Assembly: GCA_034780895.1 (NCBI GenBank) | Contig: JAUZTB010000066.1 | Span: forward strand, 28,978,150-29,042,149 | Direction of reading: 5' to 3' | Origin: Rhynchobatus australiae | Taxonomy: Eukaryota | Length of the DNA stretch: 64,000 bases | In this document: positions 50,357 through 63,530 of the stretch, piece after piece | How the letters are laid out: each line of letters opens with the position of its first letter | Numbering within the stretch: the stretch's first letter is position 1 | Notes under the pieces: model-generated | The model's database searches: none | What the model saw: the letters and a program-made list of their open reading frames with translations, nothing else | Told to the model about the DNA's origin: nothing | Position numbers and translations under genes: made by a program

Positions 50357-51056
50357 GTCATCTTTTGCATCCGGGAGCACCGTCTACATCGGTGAGACCT
50401 GACGCAGATTGGGTCACCTCTTCGTCGAGCACCTTCACTCTGTCCACCGCAAAAGCCAGGATCTCCTGCTGGCCACCCACTTCCATTCCACATCCCGCTC
50501 CCACACTGACATGTCTGTCCACAGCCTCATCTACCGCCACATTGAGGCCAGGCACAGGATGGAGGAACAACACCTCATATTCCACCTTGGGAGTCTCCAA
50601 CCTGACGACCTCAACATCGATTTCTCTAATTTCTGGTAACCCCACCTCACTCCCCCCCACTTTGTCTTCACTTATTCTTGTGGCCCCCTCACCCCTTCTC
50701 TTTCCCCTCCACCACCCTCATTACCTGCTCATCAATTCGCCACCTCCTTCCCTTTATTCCATGGTCCACTGCCCTCTCCTACCGGATTCCTTCTTCTTCA
50801 GCCCTTTGCCTCTTCTAACTATCACCTCTCAGCTTCTTACATCCACCCCTTCCCCATCCCCACCCTCCTATCCTCTCCTCTCCCTCTCACCTGAACTCAC
50901 CTATCACCGCCCCCAACCTTCTTATTCTGGCATCTGCCCTCTTCCTTTCCAGTCCTGTTGAAGGATTTCGACCCAAATCGTCGACTGTTTATTTCTCTGC
51001 ATGATGCTGCCTGACCGGCTGTGTTCCTCCAGCCTCCAGCATTTTGTGTGTGTTCC
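50357..51056 (+). mobile_element. Penelope-like retroelement 3' end: GIY-YIG endonuclease remnant, pyrimidine-rich 3' UTR, decayed hammerhead at 50950-50987
   Basis: VIFCIR..YIGET.RRLG..FVEHL..EEQHLIFHLGSLQPDDLNIDFSNF*; cagtcctgttgaaggatttcgacccaaatcgtcgactg. Confidence 0.88.
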
Positions 51057-54000
51057 CACTTCTTGAATCCCGTTTCCCTTTATATTTTATATCTACCAAA
51101 GAAAGCAGCCACCATTTAATCCATAACCAAGTAAGGATAAGGACAACAATTTCTGTTTTGTTGGAAAGGTGGTGCAACCCACCTTCAGATCATACAATGT
51201 GGTAAGACACTGAGAATGACCCACAGAAAACCTCTGATGTAAAGAAGTAGTTCAAGGGAATGTTTACAAAATAAAGTCACTTCCAGCACAGCACAGTCAG
51301 TCAGTATAACGCAATGCCATAAACAAAGTTCAAAGAAACACATTGGAAAAGCACAGTCTAAATTGAATCACTCTCACTGTTTAAATGACAGGTACTGTTT
51401 CTCAAGGCAATGCTGTAATATACATGCAATGCAATAATCAAACAAAACCACTACATACAAAACCACAGTTGTAACTGCCCTTCAACTGTGTTATGAATGA
51501 TGACTGTTATGAAGAATATCACTGTTATTCTTGGGACCTAAAACAGTTTCAAGGATCTTTCGAGACAACTTGGGCCAGAATTACATCCGAGCTCTTTACC
51601 TGACATAATACGGCGACTGTCAATTTATTTAAACAGCTGTTGGCTTTGTTACAGCCAAAAGTCATCTAAATTCCTTTAAAACTTACAATATAGACTTCAT
51701 TATTTCCATTTCCAATCCTGATAGAAATCCAGCACAGAGGCAGATTTATTGGCAAGTGGTTCATTCCATAGATACGAGTTCCTCAGGCTTACNNNNNNNN
51801 NNAACACTACTGTGGTGTCATTGAACATGAGTCCTGAACATTCAATACTTGTTCTTCAGTAAAGAAAGTGGGTTACAGTCCAGGCATAGCTCCCTTTAAT
51901 TCTATCCTTGGACTGACGTATATACCAATTTTAATTCTGCCAGTGTAATTTTCTTTCCTCCACCAAAAGTGGAGAAATACCTCAGGTTATGTATTCACAG
52001 TTTGCAGGCTCTTCTATACACTAAGGCACAGTTGATCCTCATCCAATGATCACTGTTGGATGACAATGTAAACTGAAGTTACTTCATTGCTATAAGTCAA
52101 CATTCCAGTAATCTATAGTATACCTATTTCAGTGAACAGTTGACTTGATAATAAAATTTGGATGGGCATTTCATTGTGAACAAACTCTACCAGTAGAACC
52201 AGCCTAATGTAATAGGGTGGTTCTAAAACATATTAAAACAAGCCTAAAGAAATATGAAACATGGTAAAAAGCCATTCAATCCTAACATTTACCCAACAGC
52301 CAAATAATTAATTATGGCCTCAGCTGCTACCCACCCCACTTCCAGCTCCCTAAAACCCTTTTCTTGAACAAACTACCCAAACTAATCTTGATGAATGATA
52401 GCTTCTGCCTCAGCTTCCAGTCCTGGAACTGATTACACGACCTCTTCAATGTAATCTATAAAATAACTTCTCCAATCCTGCGGTTTAAATTCCTAATATT
52501 TAATTTTGTTTTCATGGCCCTCATATCTTTTACTCCTTCAATTACTGAAAAGTCTTTCAACTATCCTTTCCTCCCATATTCAGAGATAAATTAAAATAAA
52601 CCTGATATGTTGTATTTTTTTAAATATATTTTCTTAAACCAGGCAGCATCGTCATGGATGTGTATTATTTCCTCTCTCAAGGCTCAAAATCCTTCCAATA
52701 CTTTTGCTCCTGTATTGTGAACCTCACTACCTACATGCAGAACCCTTAATGCTCTTACTTAAAGTTTGTTCTTGCTGCCTCATTAAAATGAGTCATTGCC
52801 TTTAATATTCTGATGACTATACCCTGAAGTCAGACCAATTTTAAATAGCACTCAAGACAAATTCCATTCCGAATATTACTGCTATATCATCCCACATTTA
52901 ATGGCGCTGAATTTGTTGGGCCCACGGCAAGTAATTGAAATGATTGAACCATACAGTCCGCTTCTGCTTCATAAACACCAGCTTCAACTGCCATTTATTA
53001 GTCCACCCTGTCATGTTATCAGCATTGCTTTGTAGCTTCCTTTGGCTTTCTGAAGACCTTCTAATTTTGGCATGAGCAAATTCTGATTTCACCACCTCTC
53101 AGGCTAACCTCAGATCACCAATGCATAGTGCATGGCAAATGGAAGATCTCCAGAACTGAATTCCGGGATACACCACTGCCCTTCCAATTACTGCCCTCAG
53201 ATTTGCTTCTTCTAACAATTTCTATTAAGTCTGCTATCGTTTGTTCCACTATTTCTATCCTTATTCTTTTCCATTAACCTTCTATGTGATTGTCGAGGTC
53301 TTTCCTAAAGTCCATATTCTTTAAGTTCAGGGAGAATCAGGAATGGACAATAAGCGTCGGGAATGCTGGTGATATCCATATCCCGTCAATTAATTTAAAA
53401 AAATCTTTTCAACCATCCACCAGGTCAATAACCTGCTTTTGGAGTCCAGAAGTTAGTCATTTCAAATTCATGTCAGTTTCTAACAGGTGTTTCTTCTCAA
53501 TTTGATTTTGGATTGAAGCTACATAACTTTCTCTCTGATCAATATATTTCACATCCCCAAGAATTCAGCAAGCTTGCCTGTTACATCAACTGCAGCAGCC
53601 ACTGAATCACAGCAGCTACAGATCAGTATTAATTCAAAGCCAAGGGGGTATCTATCCCAGTTGTTGATCTATATCAATCCTTATGGGCTCCAGAGGACAC
53701 AACTTGCAGCCTCAACCCTTTGAGGGAAATAAAAAGCTGTGGCTTTTATCATTGACAACAACAAAAAGAGGCACAGTCCAGGTTAACCAGTTTCCTCTTT
53801 GTAGTTTGGCAATGTACTTGATCCAGTAACTCGCTGTGTTGTGGATTTGAAACAAAACAGAATGGCTACAACATACATCAAATGTCTCTCAAAATCACAC
53901 ACACAGCAGCTTTGTTTCTTTGCCAAAATGTCAAAAGGGCCAGTGTTAAATACAACTGTATATATGGCCATATGGAATAGTAAGATGCCAGTTCCATGGA

Positions 54001-56688
54001 AAACTACCCTGATCCAGTCTTTTAAGAACACTGAAGGCACATTATTAAAACGTATGTGATGAGGAAATTCTAAGGTTTAGTGGAACAGGTGCTGGCAACT
54101 GTACCAGGAAAGAAGGAATGAAAATATGCACTAAGAAAGAGTTCTGAGAGTAATGCAGCTACTGCTGAAGTTCCATACATTTAATTACTTTCTCACGAGA
54201 AGCACTTCTTGTCCAAACTGTGCTCTAAAGGATAGTGCAAGTGACGGACATAGATCACAGCCTGTAAAATGTTTAAAAGAAAAGCTTCATTTTCCTGTCT
54301 CATTTAAATTTGAAATAGGGGCTAAAACCCTGAATTTTCTCTCTAAATTTGGCTTAAAATCAGATGTATTGTTCTGCTTAGTCATTAAATTGTCAAAAAA
54401 TTCTCTTGTGGCTGAGAAGCTTTGGATGGCCAACTGAATTTCCAAATGCAGAGAACAACACTGTCACCAATTTGCACTGGGAAAACAAGACAGTGCGTAT
54501 ATAGCAGTGCAGTAAGAAATGAAGAGGGAATGATTAAAGCTGGTTGCATGACAGCAAGGGAAGGCGGCCTTCGAAGACGCAGTAAATTAAAACTAATTCC
54601 ACAGTGTGAGGCTAAAGCCTCTGCAGCTTAAAGTGGAGCAGGAGCAGAGCAAGTGGGACAGAGCACAAGCGAGTGAGAGAGAGATACAGTAAGCAAGAGA
54701 GAAAGAGTTGCGGACATGAAGATAGACAAGAGAATAGAAGATTATAATAAGAAACATAGGTCAGGAACAAGTAGCTGAGGGAGTCTGCAAAGATGGAGAG
54801 AACAGAGGCTAAGTGGAATTGTAAATGAAAACAATCATATTGAAAATGATTTGCAAAGAGTCAATTGCATCTGCTGAATGTGGAGCTGAAAGAGTGAACA
54901 TGGCAGAACAGGATACAGACTGTGAAGTTTTAGGAAACATGTTGTGAAAGCCAGATCTTGCATGTGTGTCAAGGAGCACTTCAGAGTAATTGGCACTGGG
55001 TGGGATGAAGATGTGCCATTTGGAGTGACAGAGCTGAACAGTTAAACATGAGTGAACAGGGAAGTATCTGTGGATATAGCAGATGACCAGAGCCAGACTC
55101 TGAGTTGCAAAAATTTACATATGGCCTGAAAAATATTGGTTCAATTTTGTTACTGCTGAATTATGTAATCATCTCTCCTTCTGGGACTCATCCAAGCAGT
55201 TGGACTACACAGTAAGGACTGGGGAGGAGGGTGTGATGGTGAAGATGAGCTAGCCGTCACAGAGAGGAAGTAACAACCAGCTCTATAAGGGATAGAACTG
55301 GAGGCAGGCACTGAGTACAAACTTACATTGGACTGGGGGGAGGGGATGCGGAGGGATGTGATAACCCAATATAAATGTACTATGATCGACAGGATGAAAG
55401 CCATGACTAACTAACAATCCAGATAAATCTTACATAAAATACATGAACAAATATGATTTGTTTTCACAGCAAGAGATTCTATTAATTTTGTGCCACCTGT
55501 CTCATTGTAAATTAACAATTCTGTCATGACTAATATTCAAACTCACTTATAGGTTATCTATCCATGAGTAACCGTGTTACAAGTTGTACATGTCAGTTGG
55601 CTTGGTGTTCCCCAGTCTCTTTTATTAGAGGATCTATCTACTTCCCACCATCTTCCAGAGAGACAGGAAGGAAGCCACGAGAGATGTCCAATGCTTTCAG
55701 TGGCCAGATTTAGTCAACCATGAAAGAATAGCTGCCTCCTTGATGTGGAAACTTAAAACACCAGAGGTAAAGAACGAAAACCAATTCCATCATGAAAGCA
55801 TAAGAGATAGAAAACTGCCTTATGTCAAAGTAATACATGGTAAAGTAAATTACAACAGGTACTCGACTCCAGGAACTAACCAAATGAGAAACCCAAGTGG
55901 TTCATATATGCATGGAAAGTAATATGCTGATCATCTCACATCATACGCATTAAGTAAAATTAAATCCTTTCCATAGGTATAGGTACAAGTGTCTATACAG
56001 GGAAAGAGTGCACACTCCATTTTGGGAAATGTAATTTTCTCAATTTAAGTGAGATTTTCAGTAGATTGATTTGGAGATCTTTATGCATAGTGGTATTCAG
56101 TTGGTCAAAAAGGTCAAAGTTAAGTTGATTAGCCAATTTGCTCGAAAGAAGTTGGAAAACTTCTCATAGGGTCACGAGAAAATGATCTGAGCACTGAGAT
56201 TTTATTCTCTTTAGCAAATTCTTCACATCTGTAAAATCACTAGTTTTCCTTCAGATGAAAATTAAAGTAACTGAACAGATGCAATCCCCCAAAAAACAAG
56301 TGCCTCAGAACTGTGTTATCAAAATTCAATTTGATTTAGTCATGACTGATCTTCAGTCTTGATCACAGAATCTCACAGCATTACCTTCACCAAATCTATC
56401 TGTTTTCATTGAAAACAAAATAGAGTTCTACAATATGGCTTCCAAAATATCAATTTTGTATTGTTAATTATACAATTTTTTTTGTCATTTAAGACAACCA
56501 CTCTTGTTCAACATATTTTTATTTTGATTTCACTGCATTCCACTTTTGGAAACAAGCAAATGACCAAATCTGCAGTTTTCCATAAAACCTTCAGAACTTC
56601 ACAATGAGGGAAAACACTTTTGAAAAGAGCTCAAAATTATGAAACTGAGCAGCTCTAAATTATGAATTAATTTCACAATTAACTCACC

Positions 56689-57097
56689 TTTAAATTTAAA
56701 TCTTTTAAATTTTATTTACAGCGTGGTAACAGGACCAACAAGTCTGTGCTGCCCATTTTAAGCCCCATATTAACCTACCCGTACGTCTTTAGAATGTGGG
56801 AGGAAACCCACGCAGACACGGGAGAACATACAAACTCCTTACNNNNNNNNNNNNNNNNNNNNNNNNNNNNNNNNNNNNNNNNNNNNNNNNNNNNNNNNNN
56901 NNNNNNNNNNNNNNNNNNNNNNNNNNNNNNNNNNNNNNNNNNCATATTAACCTACCCGTACGTCTTTAGAATGTGGGAGGAAACCCACGCAGACACGGGA
57001 GAACATACAAACTCCTTACCAACAGCGATGGGAATTGAACCCCGAATGCTAGCGCTGTAATAGCGTTGAGCTAACCGCTAAGCTACCGTGCCGCCCC
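56689..57097 (-). mobile_element. tRNA-derived V-domain SINE, CR1-type tail, split by an assembly gap
   Basis: Head ggggcggcacggtagcttagcggttagc (box A), ggttcaattccc (box B); tail cctgttaccacgctgtaaataaaatttaaa. Confidence 0.88.
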
Positions 57098-57276
57098 AAG
57101 CTACAAGGTTTTTAAGGTACAAAGATAACATGAGATACCATGGTTCATCAATTTTTTTTAATCATATAATGTAATGGATATTTTTTGCTTGATAACTCTC
57201 CTTAAAAGTAACCTGGTACATTAAGGACATAAGAATAACTACTATTTTAGATGACGCAAATTTAATCACTACTTAC

Positions 57277-57353
57277 AAATTATTTACATCATTTTCTCCT
57301 GTTTCCTCTAGTTGTCTGTCTGTCATCTGAAGATTACCTGGGAATCTGGGATT
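57277..57353 (-). CDS. HIP1: HIP1 coding exon 2 of 9, NPRFPGNLQMTDRQLEETGENDVNN(F)
   Basis: 77 nt, catctag| acceptor, |gtaagt donor, phase 0/2, in frame with neighbours. Confidence 0.95.
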
Positions 57354-57476
57354 CTAGATGGAATCAAAAAAAGTGGGAAAGTACATCAAACACAATTTTT
57401 CAAATTCTATTTCAGAGAACTTTCAGCAGTAGCATGAGAAAATAAAACATTACAGAAAGCTGCATTCTCAGGTCTT

Positions 57477-57575
57477 CAGTTCTGATAAAAGGTTATCGAC
57501 CCTCTCCCTGGACATCAGCAGACTCGCTCAGTATTTCCAGTATTTCTTGTTCTTATTTCTGATTTCCAGCATTTC
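57477..57575 (+). mobile_element. Penelope-like terminal repeat, decayed
   Basis: cagttctgataaaaggttatcgacc..gctcagtatttccagtatttc..atttctgatttccagcat. Confidence 0.55.
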
Positions 57576-58609
57576 GATCATTGTCTACGTGGCTCACTTG
57601 CAATAGTTATTTATGCTGGCAAGTCAGAAAGCTGACTGCAAAAACTTGCTCAGTCCACTCCATTTAGCAAAACTGTAGAGAGCTGTATTTTTATTGTTTT
57701 ATACGGAATAAGCATGGTTACATTCAAAGGCACTGGAGTGGAGACATTTGTAGCACATCTGGTAGCAGCTGCTGCTAAAATTAACAACAGGCACCATATT
57801 TGGGGTTTATTGTGCTCCTTCACCACAAAATTTTATGACAGGTCAACAGCATTCCTTTAATACTTGGGAGCTCTGTGTAATATCACATATAATATAAATA
57901 AATCTGTGGAAGAATTTCATTTAGAAAACACATGCTCCTTCATTGGAATTTGAATCTGATCATGGTTCAACACTGAAATCACATACTGAACAAGGAAAGT
58001 TTTTTGTTTTGAAAAATTAGTGTTCAGACACAGAACAATACCTTTCAGCCAAGCGAGCCAGTCCTCTTTTACTATAACAATTGTGCCAATCTTCTTAGCA
58101 CAACTTCACCTATCAATCTCCTTTTTGCATTACCTATAAAGACATGATCTGCTCCATTACCTTCTGGAAGGAAAGTTTCACCTGAATACAGTCACATTTC
58201 TTAATGCTGTTGTTGGTTTGTTCTGCTGCCATTGTCTGCTTTGCTGGGTACACAGATGCACAGTTCCTCAGCCAAGTGAAAATTCTTCATCTATGAATCA
58301 GACCTGCAAAGGTTGGCTCAAGATGCGCAATTCCAGTAGAAGTTGCTCAGGGAACTAACCACTGGGAATTTTGGCCCTCTGAACATTCTTACAACCATCC
58401 AAGTCAATGTAACATGTACCTTGATATTTTCACAGTCAACAATTTACCTGGATTCACTTTTTCTACCTTTTTTTAAAATTGCCAAACGTCACATGTTTTT
58501 AGCAGATTAATATGAAGCTGCCACGTTCTGATTTGAACAATGTCAACTGTCAATGAACCTCGAATAAAATACCACTCAGTTTGGTCAGGGTACAATGAAT
58601 CTGGTTCTT

Positions 58610-60530
58610 CATATCAGTGACGGCAGGTGTCTCCTGATGTGAGGATGACCTTGATCACAGATTTGAATGCAGGTCCTGAGAAAGCTCCAGAGTGCAATCC
58701 TGGAAGTGCAAACTTACCGCAGAAGGTACGGATATTTCCTTGTAGGTTGGCTGCCCGCTGCAGGAAGTTCTCTCTTTTCCCTTTCTTCTCTCCCCCTCTC
58801 TTCAGTTTTGAGGATAGAGCTCATTCTCCAAGCAAGTTACCGCTTAATAGAGGTTATGGAGCCACTGAAGCCAACTGACAGGTTGTTCTTTCCAACCTGA
58901 AATGTCTATTAGTGTTTTTTTAAGTTACACTCTCATAGTGTCCTTGTCGCAATTTTTGCTGCCAACTATGGGACCTCTGACCATGGGTGACCTGAGAGAA
59001 GGGGGCTTGCTTGGGGAGATGAGAACCTGTCACCCACACATGAAGATCAATCCAGCAGCATTGGTGCCTGGTGACATTGGCTTCAGCAAGGATGCTCGCA
59101 TTACTGCGGCAATCTTCCCAGTTGATGAGTGGGATCTCCAGGAGTCATCATTGATGGTACCTCTCCAGCCTCTTCTCATTAAATCGCCCAGATCTTGCAA
59201 CAGAAGAATGTGGGGATGACAAGTGCATTACAGACCTCGATCTTCAGATCCTCCTACAGGCTACATTCAGTAAAAATATGCTGAAGAGATTTCCCAACAG
59301 AAACATTTGCTCATTGGATCCAGTGCTAAATCTCCCAGGTGATGTCAGCACTCTGAGAAAAGTAGCTTGCAAGGTAGCAGAAGCACTCAACTGTCTCCAA
59401 GGTCTCTTGACAGCATTTTGTGTTGAACCACATACAATGCCTGAGGCAGGCTCATAGCATTTATGTGAGAATCCTAGGCGTCAGTAACCCTGTGCCAAAA
59501 GATCCAGTGTGGACAAGAGTCATTCTCACTCTGCACAAGAATGACACAATCATCAGCTTATTAGAGAACAACAACAGATGCTTTCAAGATATTCTTTTGT
59601 GTTGAGATGTCACAGACTACAGAGACATCCATTCATTCTGTATTGGACATCAATTCCAATAAGAAGGCAGTCTTTAATGATGGAAAGAGTAACTGCTGGG
59701 AAGGTAGAAAACAGGGTTGGAGCAATAACACAACCTTGCTTGACCTCATATTGGGTGACATTTGAGTCTGTCCAAGATATTACAGCGAATGGTGCCAGTC
59801 ATCTGATCATGAAGCTGCCATTGGATCCTAATCAATTCTGGAGAGTGGCCAAATCTGGCCAGCATCTTTAATAGCAATACACAATTGGAGGAATCAAAGG
59901 CATTTGTCACATCAAGGAAGGCCATGTCCAAGGCCCAATTTTGTTCTTGCCACTTTTCCTGGATTTGAAGGGCAACAAAGATATTATGAATTATCCTGCA
60001 GGATGGTTTCAAACGCCAATGAGATTACTCCTTGATTTCCTTGGCAAGGAGAAATCATTGGTTTAAGAAAATACGGCTAAATATATTTCCCGCAATAGAG
60101 AGCAAGATAATGCCTGAGTAATTTGCACATGTCGTTACAATCTTCAAGTTAAATGTCAAAGTTAGTGTCTGTCACAACTGGTTCAGCAGCATCTCAAATT
60201 GTTCCTTCATCTTGCTCTGATTTGTTTTCCCTAAGGAGCACCAACCTATCTTTGGCTAACAGTGGTGCGGTACCATGGGAACTTGAGCCATAAATGGACC
60301 TTGCAGCCTGGAAAAAGTGCCTCATGTCATGTTCCTCAGCATAAAGTTTCATCTCCAGGCATTTTCTTGTCACCACTTGCTTTGAGTGCACAGATCTTCC
60401 TCTGGGTTGTAGCCTTCAGCTGCTAAGTAATGGGCTTTTCCTTCACAGTCAAGCAAACCCTGAACACCAGTGTCATTCTCATCAAACCAATCTTGGTGAC
60501 GACAGGTGTCAAAGCCAACACACAGTACGT
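58610..60530 (-). mobile_element. RTE-clade LINE, decayed, covering the RT domain to the 3' UTR
   Basis: IFVALQIQEKWQEQN..MAFLDVTNAFDS, VKQGCVIAPTLF, ADDC, C-terminal CTSRIALWSFLRT; 3' gtcatcctcacatcagg. Confidence 0.85.
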
Positions 60531-61387
60531 GCCAAAGAATGGCAGTCTTTCAAACCTGAAATGTGCAACAGATTAAACACACCCCAGCACATAGGGTTCA
60601 TGTTTATGCAATATTTTTCCTTTTAAAATTGACATTTTGTTTTAAGATAGTGCTTTCAGTTAAAATCATGTATTTCAACTTTGAAACTAGCGCTACAATC
60701 AATATCTGACTATGTAGAATATACACATATTTAGACTGCTGCAAGGATCAGTATTAGCTTGTGTAACCTATCATTTGGTTACTTCAAGTCAGCAGCAACA
60801 CTCAAGTCTGCCATTCTTACCTGGTCTGACCTGCACGTGACTGCAGAGCCACCAATGTGGTTAATTTTAACTGCCTCTGCGGAAGAGGAGCAATTTATGA
60901 TGCTGGTCATATTGGCAACATACATATCCCTGAAGTAAAACATGACAGCTAACAGCTCGGTTAAGGGCATTTGCCAGTTTGTACCTCAACAATATGTTGC
61001 GAAGTTGGAGAAATCTAAGGCAGGATGGAACCAAACCTCAAGTTTCATTTATTATTTTCAAAACTTGTTGAGATAGAGGTTGTGTGATTTAATATATTAG
61101 AAAGTTTAAAAATAACTGGTCAAGAAAGCCACAGAAAAATTCCTTGTTTAAAGAAAAGTAATGTTTGTTTGATACAGAAAAACAACAGGAAGATCTGATC
61201 ATCAAAAGCTGAATACACTAAGAAGCAGAATTAAAAAGGATCATTCCAATCATGGTTTATCTAGTTTCAGTCCATTAAGTGCTGCTGCACCTTATCGTAA
61301 AAAGAACAGAAAGTTTTACATGTTGTCATTTAGGCCCTCATTTAAAATAGTTAACCCTCCTCAAAAGCACTTGAAGATTTTTTGTAG

Positions 61388-61520
61388 GAGCTTATTGTGC
61401 GCAAATTAACTGGATAATTTCCTAACAACACTGTACTTCAAAAGAGCAGTTCAGTGACTACAAGGCACCTTAAAATGTCCCAAGATCATGAAAGGCATGA
61501 TAAACAAAAACATCTTTTTC
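61388..61520 (+). mobile_element. Deu-SINE (SacSINE1/AmnSINE1-like) 3' remnant
   Basis: gagcttattgtgcgcaaatt..tacttcaaaag..tgtcccaagatcatgaaaggc resembles the remembered Deu-SINE tail. Confidence 0.55.
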
Positions 61521-62409
61521 TGTAAAATTATACATAATTTGTCAGGCTAAACACGGCTAGGATACACTAAAAAGATATCCGAGAAGGAAATGAGGCTGCT
61601 TCAGAAAGAAAAGTAAAATTTTTAAAAGAAAGGGAGCTGAATAAAGCTCAATTAGACATTTGGCATTATAGTCATTAGGTAAATCACCAAATAACAAGAA
61701 ACACAGAAGAGACCTTAGATGCTTCAATTCCTGGTACAGTGTTTGGCATAACATATGCTCAATCTTGTTTTCAATATTTCAATGTTTTAATTCCTGCACA
61801 GGAACAGGATTACTTGTGATGATTCGCAGCACTTAAACCGTCTGGGCTCACTCACATAGAAACATCACTTGGTCTAGGTCCCATGTGCTTTCTGATTCTT
61901 TCTGAACCATACCACTGTAATAAACAACCACTTTGAGGACTGGATTGGAAAAATAAGTAACACCACAAAGAAAATTTTACATACAATATGCTACTTAGTT
62001 ATCAAGTTCCTGAAAATTAATTTGCTTCATTTCATGCAGGCAGCAAATGTTTCAGAAAGAGATGTACTCTGAATTAATGTGTGGCTATTCAATCTGAACC
62101 TAATAGGACTGGACTACATGTGGGGTGTATGTGCCAATAAAGCCTCGGCATCTCCTGTTCACTGCAGCACACAAGGTTCACCAGAATCACCAATTCCCTG
62201 AAATGAACAATGTACCTGGAGCACCCATTTTCACCAGCACCCCATGACCTCTGTTGTTACAACTCATAATCCTGCCCCAGATTCTCCTGATGCTACCACC
62301 AAATGAGATCCACTGGCCCAGGTCAGCTTCTGCTTGCCGCTGCATTGAGATGCAGAAATGCAATACGTGAGTTGGCAAATTCAAGATGAGACTTGGAATC
62401 CATGTCCCA

Positions 62410-62640
62410 CATAAACACTAAATATCGTAAGCCTCAATGAAAGGAAAATAAGTTCTACTAGTGTCCTGCCAAACGTTACCCTGCAGGCAATACCTTAAAT
62501 ATAAATCGGACAATTATTACTGCTGTGTATGAGGACTTGCTGTGTTAAAGTCAGATACCAGATTAGGCTGTATAACAGTAACTATTAATTGGCTTTAAAG
62601 CATTCTGGAATGAAATGGAGTATGAAATACAAGTTCACCA
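62410..62640 (+). mobile_element. Deu-domain SINE remnant
   Basis: gtgtcctgccaaacgttaccc..attactgctgtgtatgaggacttgctgtg..attggctttaaagcattctgg. Confidence 0.5.
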
Positions 62641-62889
62641 TAACATAAGAAGCTTTGCATGACAACAGCAGCCTTGTCAACCTAAACCTAAAATTGTGAA
62701 GAACAAAGAGCTGAGGTCACCCGTTGTCTCAACTGATTCAGATCCTGCTCGAGCAGTTCTGGGAATCCAGATCTTCTTTTGTTTTGTTACTCCAAGAAGT
62801 TCCTCTTTCAAATAACATTTTCTCTTGCAGTAGATGGAAACAAAGAAACCCACGATAAATAAGGAGGTAAAGCCAGAGAAGTTACTTAC

Positions 62890-62970
62890 TTTACTGTGGA
62901 ATTCCATCTTTGTTATCAGTAGCTTGAGGTAGATGCAGCTCAGTCTCCCATAACCTTCACTTAAATGACC
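62890..62970 (-). CDS. HIP1: HIP1 coding exon 1 of 9 in window (probably exon 5), GHLSEGYGRLSCIYLKLLITKMEFHSK, ANTH domain
   Basis: 81 nt, acceptor ccaaag|, donor |gtaagt, phase 0/0; translation matches remembered vertebrate HIP1 GHLSEGYGQLCSIYLKLLRTKMEYHTK. Confidence 0.95.
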
Positions 62971-63234
62971 CTTTGGGGGAAAGAATATAAAATACAGACA
63001 AATTAGATTTAAGCTAACGATCCAGCCTGAAAAATAATTTTGTTACAATCTGAATGCTGGTGTATTTTAACAGCTGCTTTTCAAAAGCTTATCAGTACTT
63101 TCATTGATTCACTAGAAGCCACATGCTCCTTTAGCTGAGGAAATTCAACTGGGCTCAGAGTCACTCTGTAGAGAAGGGAAGTAAGTGGACATTTTTCAGG
63201 AAGTATTCCTGTTTGTAATATGGTAATGCTAGCC

Positions 63235-63530
63235 AGAATTTGGAAGTATCCTGACCAAAGAAGCTGTTGGTGTGGACTTTGTGTATTCTCCCCCTGACCA
63301 CCAGTTCCCCTGGGTGCTCTGGCTTCTTCCCACATCCCAAAGGTGCGTTAGTTGGTAGGTTAACTGGCTGATAAAAATTGTCCCTGTTGTAAGTGGATGG
63401 CAGCAGAATCAGAAGCTGATGAACATGTGAGAGACAATAGGATACAGGGAAAGAACTGAGGGATGTTGGGAATGCTCTGAGAGCTAGCACAGACTCAATG
63501 GTCTGAATGGTCTTCTACATTATGAGAAAA
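63235..63530 (+). mobile_element. Older V-domain SINE with CR1-type tail
   Basis: gtggactttgtgtattctccccctgacc..gggtgctctggcttcttcccacatcccaaag..gagctagcacagactcaatggtctgaatggtc. Confidence 0.75.
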
